The notes under the pieces: generated by a model
Seen by the model: the letters and a program-made list of their open reading frames with translations, nothing else
Told to the model about the DNA's origin: nothing
Databases searched by the model: none
Source: Octopus sinensis
Lineage: Eukaryota
Assembly (NCBI RefSeq): GCF_006345805.1
Contig: NC_042999.1
Coordinates: 10,540,001 to 10,604,000, forward strand
DNA: 64,000 nucleotides
Reading direction: 5' to 3'
Shown: positions 27,885 to 41,042 of the stretch, piece after piece
How the letters are laid out: each line of letters opens with the position of its first letter
Numbering within the stretch: position 1 is the stretch's first letter
Translations under genes and position numbers: made by a program

Positions 27885-29927
27885 TGGCCTAATACGCTTA
27901 TCTGGTCTAATACGCTTATCTGGTCTAATACCCTTATCTGGTCTAATACCCTTATCTGGCCTAATACGCTTATCTGGTCTAATACCCTTATCTGGTCTAA
28001 TACCCTTATCTGGTCTAATACCCTTATCTGGCCTAATATGCTTATCTGGTCTAATACCCTTATCTGGTCTAATACCCTTATCTGGTCTAATACCCTTATC
28101 TGGCCTAATACGCTTATCTGGTCTAATACCCTTATCTGGTCTAATACCCTTATCTGGTCTAATACCCTTATCTGGCCTAATACGCTTATCTGGTCTAATA
28201 CGCTTATCTGGTCTAATACCCTTATCTGGTCTAATACCCTTATCTGGCCTAATACGCTTATCTGGTCTAATACCTTATCTGGTCTAATACCCTTATCTGG
28301 CCTAATACGCTTATCTGGTCTAATCCCTTATCTGGTCTAATACCCTTATCTGGCCTAATACGCTTATCTGGTCTAATACGCTTATCTGGTCTAATACCCT
28401 TATCTGGTCTAATACCCTTATCTGGCCTAATACGCTTATCTGGTCTAATACCCTTATCTGGTCTAATACCCTTATCTGGCCTAATACGCTTATCTGGTCT
28501 AATACGCTTATCTGGTCTAATACCCTTATCTGGTCTAATACCCTTATCTGGCCTAATACGCTTATCTGGTCTAATACCCTTATCTGGTCTAATACCCTTA
28601 TCTGGCCTAATACGCTTATCTGGTCTAATACGCTTATCTGGTCTAATACCCTTATCTGGTCTAATACCCTTATCTGGCCTAATACGCTTATCTGGTCTAA
28701 TACCCTTATCTGGTCTAATACCCTTATCTGGCCTAATACCCTTATCTGGTCTAATACGCTTATCTGGTCTAATACCCTTATCTGGTCTAATACCCTTATC
28801 TGGCCTAATACGCTTATCTGGTCTAATACCCTTATCTGGTCTAATACCCTTATCTGGCCTAATACGCTTATCTGGTCTAATACCCTTATCTGGTCTAATA
28901 CCCTTATCTGGTCTAATACCCTTATCTGGCCTAATACGCTTATCTGGTCTAATACCCTTATCTGGTCTAATACCCTATCTGGTCTAATACCTTATCTGGT
29001 CTAATACCCTTATCTGGTCTAATACCTTATCTGGTCTAATACCCTTATCTGGTCTAATACCCTTATCTGGTCTAATACCCTTATCTGGCCTAATACGCTT
29101 ATCTGGTCTAATACGCTTATCTGGTCTAATACCCTTATCTGGTCTAATACCCTTATCTGGTCTAATACCCTTATCTGGCCTAATACCCTTATCTGGTCTA
29201 TACCCTTATCTGGTCCTAATACCCTTATCTGGCCTAATACGCTTATCTGGTCTAATACCCTTATCTGGTCTAATACCCTTATCGGTCTAATACCCTTATC
29301 TGGCCTAATACGCTTATCTGGTCTAATACCCTTATCTGGTCTAATACCCTTATCTGGCTAATACGCTTATCTGGTCTAATCCCTTATCTGGTCTAATACC
29401 TTATCTGGTCTAATACCCTTATCTGGTCTAATACCCTTATCTGCCTAATACCCTTATCTGGTCTAATACCCTTATCTGGCCTATACGCTTATCTGGTCTA
29501 ATACGCTTATCTGGTCTAATACCCTTATCTGGTCTAATACCCTTATCTGGCCTAATACGCTTATCTGGTCTAATACCCTTATCTGGTCTAATACCCTTAT
29601 CTGGCCTAATACCCTTATCTGGTCTAATACGCTTATCTGGTCTAATACCCTTATCTGGTCTAATACCCTTATCTGGCCTAATACGCTTATCTGGTCTAAT
29701 ACCCTTATCTGGTCTAATACCCTTATCTGGCCTAATACCCTTATCTGGTCTAATACCCTTATCTGGCCTAATACCCTTATCTGGTCTAATACCCTTATCT
29801 GGCCTAATACGCTTATCTGGCCTAATACGCTTATCTGGTCTAATACCCTTATCTGGTCTAATACCCTTATCTGGTCTAATACCCTTATCTGGCCTAATAC
29901 CCTTATCTGGCCTAATACGCTTATCTG
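27885..29927. repeat. 18-bp minisatellite (TGGYCTAATACSCTTATC)n, about 113 copies, intronic
   Basis: Directly visible tandem array of 2043 bp with two variable positions per unit. Confidence 0.98.
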
Positions 29928-30338
29928 ATTTGCTGTTTCTCCGTTTGGGTGTGAAAGAATATGATCTAGTGGTGAGGGTGTTGGCCCCACCCTCATAAGG
30001 CCTGGATTTCAGTTCATTATTTGAGAGACACATTGTCTCCTCGGGCAAGGCACATGATTTCACTATGTTCTAGTCTGCTCAGCTGTAAACAATGAGTACG
30101 GACCCTTCTTTTTGCCTCTGGTTCTCACATTCCCAATGTTTAACTAGGTCAGGGATTTGTCTATGCTTTCTGACAACTACAGAAAGATCTCGAACAACAG
30201 AAGATGTTATAACCAGGTCCATATTTATTTGGATTTCACATTTATGTAAAACTAAGCAAATGAGAGTTAATGATTAAATAAAATAAAGAAAAAAAAAACT
30301 CCAAAAGATGAAGAATGGAAAGTGAAGGGGAGTATTCA

Positions 30339-30500
<162 letters not shown>

Positions 30501-31109
30501 CTAAATTCCAAAGAGAAAAGAATAAATATATTTTATAAATCAAAAGGAGTATCTTGTTCTTGACACAACATCATTTAACATCTGGCTTATAAGTTGGGAT
30601 GTGTTGGACAAATTGGAGGACTGTGCCATGTAACAATATCAACATTGGCATAGTTTCTATGTGTGGATGCCCTTCCTAATGCCAACCATTTTACAGAGCA
30701 GATGGGTGCGTTTTTATATGGAATTGACACTAGTGATGATCATCATGTAACTGTTTGCTTGTTGAGAAGATCAGCAAAAAAAGTACTAAATCCAGTGAGA
30801 GATAAACATCATTTAATGAATACAGGAGCTATCCATGATCTACTTCAAGTTTCATGCTAGAATAGAACACTAATCAAGATGGCTTTCAATAATGTACTGT
30901 GCACAATATGGCAATCATTTAAATGTGATCATCATCATCATCGTTTAACGTCCGCTTTCCATGCTAGCATGGGTTGGACGGTTCAACTGGGGTCTGGGGA
31001 GCCCGAAGGCTGCACCAGGCCAGTCAGATCTGGCAGTGTTTCTACAGCTGGATGCCCTTCCTAATGCCAACCACTCCGAGAGTGTAGTGGGTGATTTTAT
31101 GTGCCACCA

Positions 31110-31259
31110 ACACATATATATATACAATGGGCTTCTTTCAGTTTCCATCTACGAAATCCATTCACAAGGCTATAGAAGACACTTGCCCAAGATGCCACGC
31201 AGTGGAACTGAAGCCGGAACCATGTGATTGGTAGGCAACCCACCCACCACACACCCACT

Positions 31260-31262
<3 letters not shown>
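31110..31262 (-). mobile_element. tRNA-derived SINE family A, 5' part
   Basis: Reverse complement of the head of the element at 31330. Confidence 0.7.
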
Positions 31263-31329
<67 letters not shown>

Positions 31330-31331
<2 letters not shown>

Positions 31332-31700
31332 CGCAGGAGTGGTTGTGTGGTAAGTAGCCTGCTAACTAACCACACGGTTCCGGGTTCAGTCCCACTGCGT
31401 GGCCTCCTGGGCAAGAGTCTTCTGCTATAGCCTCGGGCCGACCAATGCCTTGTGAAAGAAGCCTGTCGTATATATGTATATATATATATATGTGTGTGTC
31501 TGTGTTTGTCCCCCCCAGCATTGCTCGACAACCAATGCTGGTGTGTTTACATCCCCGTCACTTAGTGGTTCGGCAAAAGAGACCGATAGAACAAGTACCG
31601 GGCCTACAAAGAACAAGTCCCGGGGTCGATTTGCTCGACCAAAGGCGGTGCTCCAGCATGGCCACAGTCAAATGACTGAAACAAGTAAAAGAGTAAAAGA
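31330..31700 (+). mobile_element. tRNA-derived SINE family A (octopus-type), near full length
   Basis: GGCGCAGGAGTGG..GTGTGGTAAG A-box, GGTTCAGTCCC B-box, internal (TA)/(TG) tract, TAAAAGAG tail. Homologous copies at about 37635-38010 (+), 54300-54670 (-), 57215-57620 (-), 60580-60900 (-) and 63040-63410 (+). Confidence 0.85.
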
Positions 31701-32317
31701 GAGAGAGTATATATATACATATATTTAAACATAAAGAATATTAGGCTAATAAGAATTATAGAAATTATTATTACCAGTGGCCTAGTACAAAAATTTAGTC
31801 AATAGTAATGAAGAATATAATTGGTTGGTTGCATTTTGAGGAAGCCAGATCTTTGGCATGCAAAAACTGGATTGTGATGGACACCAAGAGAAAGAAGTAA
31901 CATGTGAAAGATCACGGGTCTTGCAGCATAGACACTTCCAAGAGAACCTGAAGGTGATCAACAGAAGACATAAGGGAAACATGCAAGAGCAAATAGCGGG
32001 GAGACTGTTGCCTGACGTGAAAACTTGCGTTGGATGGACCAAATCACACAGACATCCTTGTGTTAACATCCTTGTTAACACAAGCTTAAATGTTCAATTA
32101 CAAACATATCCAACATAAACAAAGTAGCAGCACATGGTGCACAGATTATGTTGAGGACTTTCAATGCAACGGAAAATACAAACCAAAAAAAAAATATTAT
32201 ACAAGGGACATGGAGCTATGCTCAACTGAGCTGAGAAAGAATGCAAGGAAAACAAACTAAACGAATAACAACAACAACAATAATAATAATAATAGGAATA
32301 AAACAATAAAGTCAAAC

Positions 32318-32431
32318 CTTAGATTGTTCAATTTCTTCAAGGGCAGGCTTACGAACTCCTTTCTTCGCACCAGTCTGCAGGGCTCGTTCTAAACGGCGTT
32401 GGCAATGACTAGCAAAATGACTCACAGGCAC
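32318..32431 (-). CDS. ARHGAP39: ARHGAP39 exon, end of MyTH4: VPVSHFASHCQRRLERALQTGAKKGVRKPALEEIEQSK
   Basis: TTCAG acceptor, AAG|GTTTGA donor, 114 nt, phase 0/0. TGAKKG.RKP..EEI motif. Confidence 0.92.
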
Positions 32432-32563
32432 CTGAATTGTTAATTATGAATATATGTATATTAGAGAGAGAGAGAGAGAGAGAGAGAGAGTGTGTGTGTG
32501 TATACACACACCTACATACACACACACATATATATATATATAAGGTTTGGAGGTGATGTACAG

Positions 32564-33106
32564 ATATTATGTATTAGAAAAAACATGGTATTCAGAGATC
32601 TGGATGGTTGAGCATATACAAATATTTATTAACATGTCATATGTTTTTACAAATCACATATTTTCATCAACTCTGATAGATTCTTCAGATTTAAATTGTG
32701 TGAAGGGATTTGTCTCTTTTTATAATATTAGTGAATGGGTTGGGGTGGAGAGAGAGAGAGGGGGGAAAGAAGAGTAATGTGGAGTGTAAAAGGTAGGAAA
32801 AGAGTGAGAGGAATGGGGAGATAGTGGAAGGAGAAAGTGAGAGAGAGAGTGTTTGTGTGTATCTGAAAGGGAGTGTTTTGAACAAGAGATAAAGAAAAAA
32901 GAATAAATATCTTTTTAAGTAGGTGGCTGGAACAGATTCTTACTTTGGTTCAGCCAACTTACCAGGGGTTCTGAAAGAAAAATGTTTACAATCTGAAGAA
33001 TCTATCAGAGTTGATGAAAATATGTGATTTGTAAAAACATACGACATGTTAATAAATATTTGTATATGCTCAACCATCCAGATCTCTGAATACCATGTCT
33101 TTTCTA

Positions 33107-33117
<11 letters not shown>
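32564..33117. repeat. Near-perfect inverted repeat, 128-bp arms (32564-32691 / 32990-33117)
   Basis: Arms are reverse complements with about 3 mismatches; 298-bp unique spacer. Confidence 0.93.
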
Positions 33118-33144
<27 letters not shown>

Positions 33145-33147
<3 letters not shown>

Positions 33148-33524
33148 TTGCGTCAGAAATTAATTAGCACTTCTCAAATTTCTACATTAAATAGGTTAAA
33201 TCAATTAACCTATGAGCTGTTCAAAACGTCTTACGCGATGAGAAAACTTAGTATGGTGTGATTTCGGTCCTTGCGAGGCACTACCTATATTTATTAAACA
33301 AAGGAAGATTTGTCTGCATCCGCACTCCAAGTTATTGTTGCACTGCTATGTCAACATCATAAGGCTGTAGACTCTTAAACTGCTCTGCAAACAAAGTTAC
33401 GTCATCTTTCTGCGCAACAGTGAACTCGCAACAAAGCAATAGTTCGAGATATGGCCACTAGGTGACAGCACATACCTTGAGTGAAGAGCAAATCAAGGGT
33501 GCTAATTAATTTCTGACGGTAGTG
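33145..33524. mobile_element. Tc1/mariner-type MITE inserted in (TA)n
   Basis: TIRs CACTTGCGTCAGAAATTAATTAGCAC / GTGCTAATTAATTTCTGACGGTAGTG, flanked by TA. Confidence 0.8.
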
Positions 33525-34068
33525 TATATATATATATATTATATTATATCATATTATATATATTATTAAGGTGGCTATTTGCAATATACAGCCGAATGTC
33601 ACTAAAGTATGATACATACAATATATAGTCATCATCATTGTTTTAACATCTACTTTTCAATGCTTGAATTGGCCACATGGAATACACTGAGGTTGAATTT
33701 CTATGGCCAAATGCTGTTCTTGTAGCCAACCATCACCTGTTTCCAGGTAAGGTAAAATTTCTTCAAGGTTGGACATGTTTTTCTATTATATTTCTCTTTG
33801 TAGTTGCATCACAAAATTCTTAATGTGAAGCTATTTGTTAAAAAAGATATTGTGCATTGGGAGGTCAGTTTATCAATAAAACCCATGCATTGATTGTAGT
33901 TCACTTCTTTAATAATTGAAGTGAATGCATCAATGTATGGGTAATTGTCATTTGGGTGGTACATTGTCTTTATAGTGGTGAGCATCTCTCACTATGTATG
34001 TGTCTGTATTTTTATTTTAGGTTATTTATACATTCATTGCTGCTATATTCTGGCTGAACCAACCATTA

Positions 34069-34473
<405 letters not shown>

Positions 34474-34517
34474 TTAGTATTTTTACAAAGAAATAAATAT
34501 ATATATATATATATATG

Positions 34518-34571
<54 letters not shown>

Positions 34572-36069
34572 ATGAAATATGTCTGCTAAGATCATGTTGG
34601 CTAAAACTAACAAAACAATATAAGTCATGTGAGTGTATAGACATAGATATATAATGCCTGAATAATATATTTATCTAATCCATGCTAGCATGAACATATT
34701 CACATACATATGAAAGAGAAAGAGAGGAAACAAAAAGAAATGAGAGGAAGGAAGAGGATAGACATAAGGGGAAATAAAGTGGAAGGGGGAATAAACTATG
34801 ATGTGTGTGTGTGTGTAGTGGTAAGCAGCAGCTTAGCCCTTCATTACAGCAAGTTTCAGACCTTAGGGTACCCTTAATGACTCCTTGGGGGTATCCTTAA
34901 AAATTCCTTGGGTAATCATCAGTGAAAACGTGCAGTATCAGAACTACTCACCTCCCACAGGTGAATTTAATTGCATTTTTGTTCCCCTGGATATACTCTT
35001 TGACATCTTTCAGCTTTAAAGCTGCGGCCACGCTGGGGCACCACCAACACCTGAAGCCAATGACTACTTAGCTCAGCTATCACCACCATTTGAAATATTT
35101 CTTCTATCCAGGCACTAAGTTCTCATTTAATTTGATCAGAGACAGACACAGTTTATCTCCTCTTAATTTCAAGTTTCGATTGAATGTTCCAGAAAGAATT
35201 ATAATTCTTTCAGTGGAGTGTGAGTGTGAGAGTGAGTGAGAGTCTGTGAACTCCCATAATATATCATCAGGGAGAGCTTCCTTTTTTTTAATTCATTTTC
35301 TAAAAATATTGTTTATTTAATTTTATTTCTTTTCAAAATCACTTTTCATTTCATCACATTTTGTATAAACACCAAGAAATTTGATAAAAGTGAAATTATC
35401 ATGATTGTATTGTATGCCTGCCATATTTCCTTATATTACCCATGGTGCTGAAACTAGACTTCAAAAGTTACTCCCTTTTGTAATGGCTAATACTCTAGCG
35501 TGTGTGTGTTTGAATAGCACAGCTCTGCTATTTCAACATATTATATGGGTCACTGATATCAAACTGGACACACACACACACATTCTATTTATATTTCAAA
35601 TTTGCTTATCTCTACCATTAGGGGATAAACTAAGCCAGTGTTCTAATGTCTATAATTTACTGTTAGTTTGAAACACAATCCATTAAGGGGTATTAACCTC
35701 TTGCTTGACATTGTAAAGGGTTGCAATGTTTATGCTTGTACCAAAGATATTAGTAAAGTGATAAGAAGCTGAACTATCTTGAAATTAGTCTTGTAAAAGA
35801 TCTCTAGAACTTGGTACTGCTCTGTAGCATTCACAGGAGAGAGAGAGAGAAAGAGAAAGATACTCTGTACATAAGAATATTCTTTCAAAACTGAATCCTC
35901 CTCCTTCTTCCATTACTACTCTCAATAGCAAAGGAAGTGCTGTGATATTCATTTTCCCAAGAGTTTTAACAGAATATAGGAAATAACAACAGCAACTGGG
36001 AACCAAAGTTAGTTTAGGGACTCAGCTCCCAACGAGCTGACACCTTATAGCAGTGCCTAATATTACATA

Positions 36070-37440
36070 TTCAGGAAGAATTCAGGGTACAAACAGGGGT
36101 TCACCAAGGATCAGTCCTCAGACTCCGCTTGTTCATCACAGTCCTCCAGGCAATAACAGAGGATTCAAGACAGGCTGCCCCTGGGAGCTCCTCTATGCTG
36201 ATGACCTGGCTCTCATAGCTGAATCCCTACCAGAACTAGAGAAGAAGTTTCAGCTGTGGAAGCAAGGCCTAGAATCAAAGGGCTTTAGAGTATAAGCACA
36301 ATTTACTGCTGGTTTGCAACACAATCTATTAAGGGGTATTAACCCCTTGTTTGACATTGTAAAGAGTGGAGGAGATTAAGTGTTGCAAAGTAAGTAGGAA
36401 AGTAGACAAATCACCCCACCCCAGACAGATGGCTCTGCTTGACCTGTAGGAAAGGTGTAGGTAGAAGTTTCATAAGATGTACCTGGTGCAAGCTATGGAT
36501 ACATAAGGGCTGCAGCAATATCAGAGGAATGTTAATTGGGAAAAGAGTTTTTGCGTGTAGTAGGTGCACAGGTACGATCAACACTGCAAATGTTCAGAAA
36601 ATGGACTGCATCAAATGCCAGGGAAGAAAACTAGAAGGAGTTGATAGCTTCTGTTACCTAGGTGACCAAGTCAGTAGCAGGTGTGGATGCTCCAAGAGCT
36701 TAGATATGAGAATGGGATGGGCAAAGATCAGAGAGAGCTCCTCCCTCTGCTGGCAACAAAGGGCCTCTCTCTGAGAGTGAAAGGCAGATTGTATGATGCC
36801 TGTGTGTGAACAGCCATGTTAGATGGCAGTGAAACATGGGTTGTGACTGCCGAGGACATGCGTAGGCTTGAAAGAAAGGAAGCTAGCATGCTTTGCTGGA
36901 TGTGCAATGTCAGTGTGTATGTACAACAAAATGTGAGTGTCTTGAGAGAAAAGTTGGGCATAAGAGAAATCAGATGTGGTGTGCAAGAGAGATGACTGTA
37001 TTGGTATGGTCATGTGATGCGCATGGATGTGGACAATTGGGTGAAGAAGTGCCAATCTCTACCAGTGGATGGTAGCTGTGGAAGAGTTAGACCTAAGAAG
37101 ACATGGGATGAAGTGGTGAAGCGTGATCTTCAAATTTTGTGCCTTAGAGAGGCAATGACTAGTGCTTGAGACCTTTGGCAATATGCCATGCTCGAGAAGA
37201 CCCATCAAGCCAAATGAAAATCATAGTTGTGGCAGATATTGGTGCCATGCAAACTGACACCCATGCTGGTGGCACATAAAAGCACCCATTACACTCTTGG
37301 AGTGGTTGGCATCAGGAAAGGTATCCAGCCATAGAAACCATGCCAAATCAGACTAGAGTCTGGTGCAGCCCCTCAGCTTACTAGCTGGGGGTCAAACCAT
37401 CCAACCAATGCCAGCATGGACAACAGACACTAAATGATGA
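36070..37440 (+). mobile_element. Decayed RTE-like LINE 3' part (RT, PHD-like finger, tail)
   Basis: GCPWELLYADDLALIAES (RT YADD), CRKGVG..IRC..CKLWIHKGCS, FCYLGD, followed by the family-B 3' tail ending in (GAT)n. Frameshifted. Confidence 0.8.
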
Positions 37441-38500
37441 TGAGTAGGGCTAATAGGGGTGGGGCTGCCCTACTAATGTATCCCTTCAGAAAGCTGGGTG
37501 CCATTTTTGATATCCTGATCAACTGAGCTGACGCAGAGTAAAGAACAATAAAAAACCTTAGGCAAACTTGAACTCATGACCTTTAAACAAGTAGTTCAAT
37601 ACATGATCAACATTTTTATAGTTATCCTCTACTGTGGGATAAGAAGCTTGCTTCTCAACCACATGGTTCCGGGTTCAGTCCCATTGCATGGAACCTTGGG
37701 CAAGTATCTTCTACTATAACCTCAGGCCAACCAAAGCCTTGTGAGTGGATTTGGTAAACGGAAACTGAAAGAAGCCCATCATATGTGTGTATGTGTGTCT
37801 GTATGTATCTAATTGTGCATTTGTGTTTGTTCCCCCCACCATCACTCAACAACCAATGTTGGTGTGTTTATATCCCCGTAACTTAGCGGCTGGGCAAAAT
37901 AGACCAATCAAATAAGTACTAGGCTTACAAAGAATAAGCTCTGGGGTCAATTAGTTTGACTAAAGGCGGTGCTCCAGCATGATCACAGTCAAATGAGTGA
38001 ATCAGGTAAAAAAATAAAGATAGTTGCAAAAGCATTTTCCAGTTCAGTTTGTCAAACTGGACTGTTTCTCTGATTTATTCAGGAAGAGATTACTGATAAC
38101 TTGCAGAATGTGTAGCTTTGTTGAGTTGAGACGTTGGGGTGGGGACCAGTGCTACCAACCTGTGCAAGCACACTCACATGGTGGAAACTGATTGGACTAT
38201 CTGCAGCAAGACTGAAGGTTATAAGGAAGAGATTATACGGATCTTATCAGAGTGAATTCCATTAACATTTATCTAAACTTCTCTCAAGAAGTCAATGAGG
38301 AATCTACCCAGAAGAAATGTCTGACATCGTTGATTCTCAGAGTTTGCTATCAATGCACCATAAAGCTCAAAGTTCACATGTGTAAAGAGTACGCATAAAA
38401 GTTGGGTACACACTACATCAGCTAAACACACACCTGTAGTTCCAGAGTGAAGCTGTTAAATATGTGATTAATAAATAAATTTTAAAATAATTAATACTTA

Positions 38501-40077
<1,577 letters not shown>

Positions 40078-40150
40078 GCTTGAAGACTTCACACGCTTCT
40101 CTTTTCACGGCTTTATCGTTGGTTCTAAGCATCGGTTTCTGGATGGGATC
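40078..40150 (-). CDS. ARHGAP39: ARHGAP39 exon: DPIQKPMLRTNDKAVKREACEVFK(L)
   Basis: TTTGTCAG acceptor, 73 nt, ends at the AT-type U12 donor. Start of the MyTH4 domain. Confidence 0.92.
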
Positions 40151-40673
40151 CTGACAAAGAAGAAAGGAGAATTTCATTAACCAGTTCGTAGTGGCAATCA
40201 GAGGAATTTCATTTATGAAATGAAATAGCAGACAGGAAAAGCTAAACAGATTTAGGTCAAATAAGAGAGAAGATTGATTTATTATTTTCATGTTGTAAGT
40301 ATTAATGGTGAATAAGTTTGAAATTCCTGTCAGGAATATTATGAAAGTGGTGCACAATGCACACATGCAGTCACAATTTCCCCCCCTCTTCTCTGCCCTC
40401 ACTCCCACCACGTTTTGTGAAGAATGGTCAAGCATGTGTGTACAATCACTGTGTGGGTCTGTTTGTATGTACATATTTATATAGATATTCATGGATGATA
40501 ATTTGTGCAGTGTTATAAGTATGTCATCATCATCATTAACGCTTGTTTTCCATGTTGGCATGGATTGGTATATATGCATCTGTGCATGTATGTCCATATA
40601 TATATATATATATATATATTTCGCTTTGGGATTTGGTTTGCAAGATTCTTTATATGAGTTTGTGTGTTGAAGC

Positions 40674-40858
40674 ATATTCTGTTGTGTCTGGAGAGAGTCA
40701 TTTTCTTTTTGTGCCTTATAATTTAACACACTCAGCGGTAAAATTTCCACTTTTTCCTTATTTTTATTTATTTTTTTTTAAGTGGAAATTTTACCGGGGA
40801 GTGTGTTACATTATAAGGCACAAAAAGAGAATGACTCTCCCCAGACACAACAGTATAT
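40674..40858. repeat. Fold-back palindrome (about 80-bp arms) between (TA)n tracts
   Basis: CTGTTGTGTCTGG...GGTAAAATTTCCACTT / AAGTGGAAATTTTACC...CCAGACACAACAG. Confidence 0.88.
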
Positions 40859-41008
40859 ATATATATATATATACATATATGCATGTATACATGTGTGTAT
40901 GAACACACACACTCACCGCCATAGAAAGTGGATATCAATTGATGTCCTGAATCTCATAAATATTTCTATATTGCAGGGGCAGTAGTGAATATATCAATGT
41001 GTCTGTAA

Positions 41009-41042
<34 letters not shown>

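Noticed and set aside
27876-30063. Long repetitive ORFs (SNTLIW)n, (DKGIRP)n, (DQIRVL)n; also a superficial resemblance to a CRISPR array
   Set aside because: They arise from an 18-bp unit lacking stops in some frames. The array is intronic, frameshifted and has no spacers.
31330-31405. tRNA gene
   Set aside because: A/B boxes belong to a multi-copy SINE head; no complete cloverleaf.
35360-35480. Similarity to about 50700-50810 suggesting a conserved regulatory element
   Set aside because: Diverged AT-rich match most simply explained as an old dispersed repeat.
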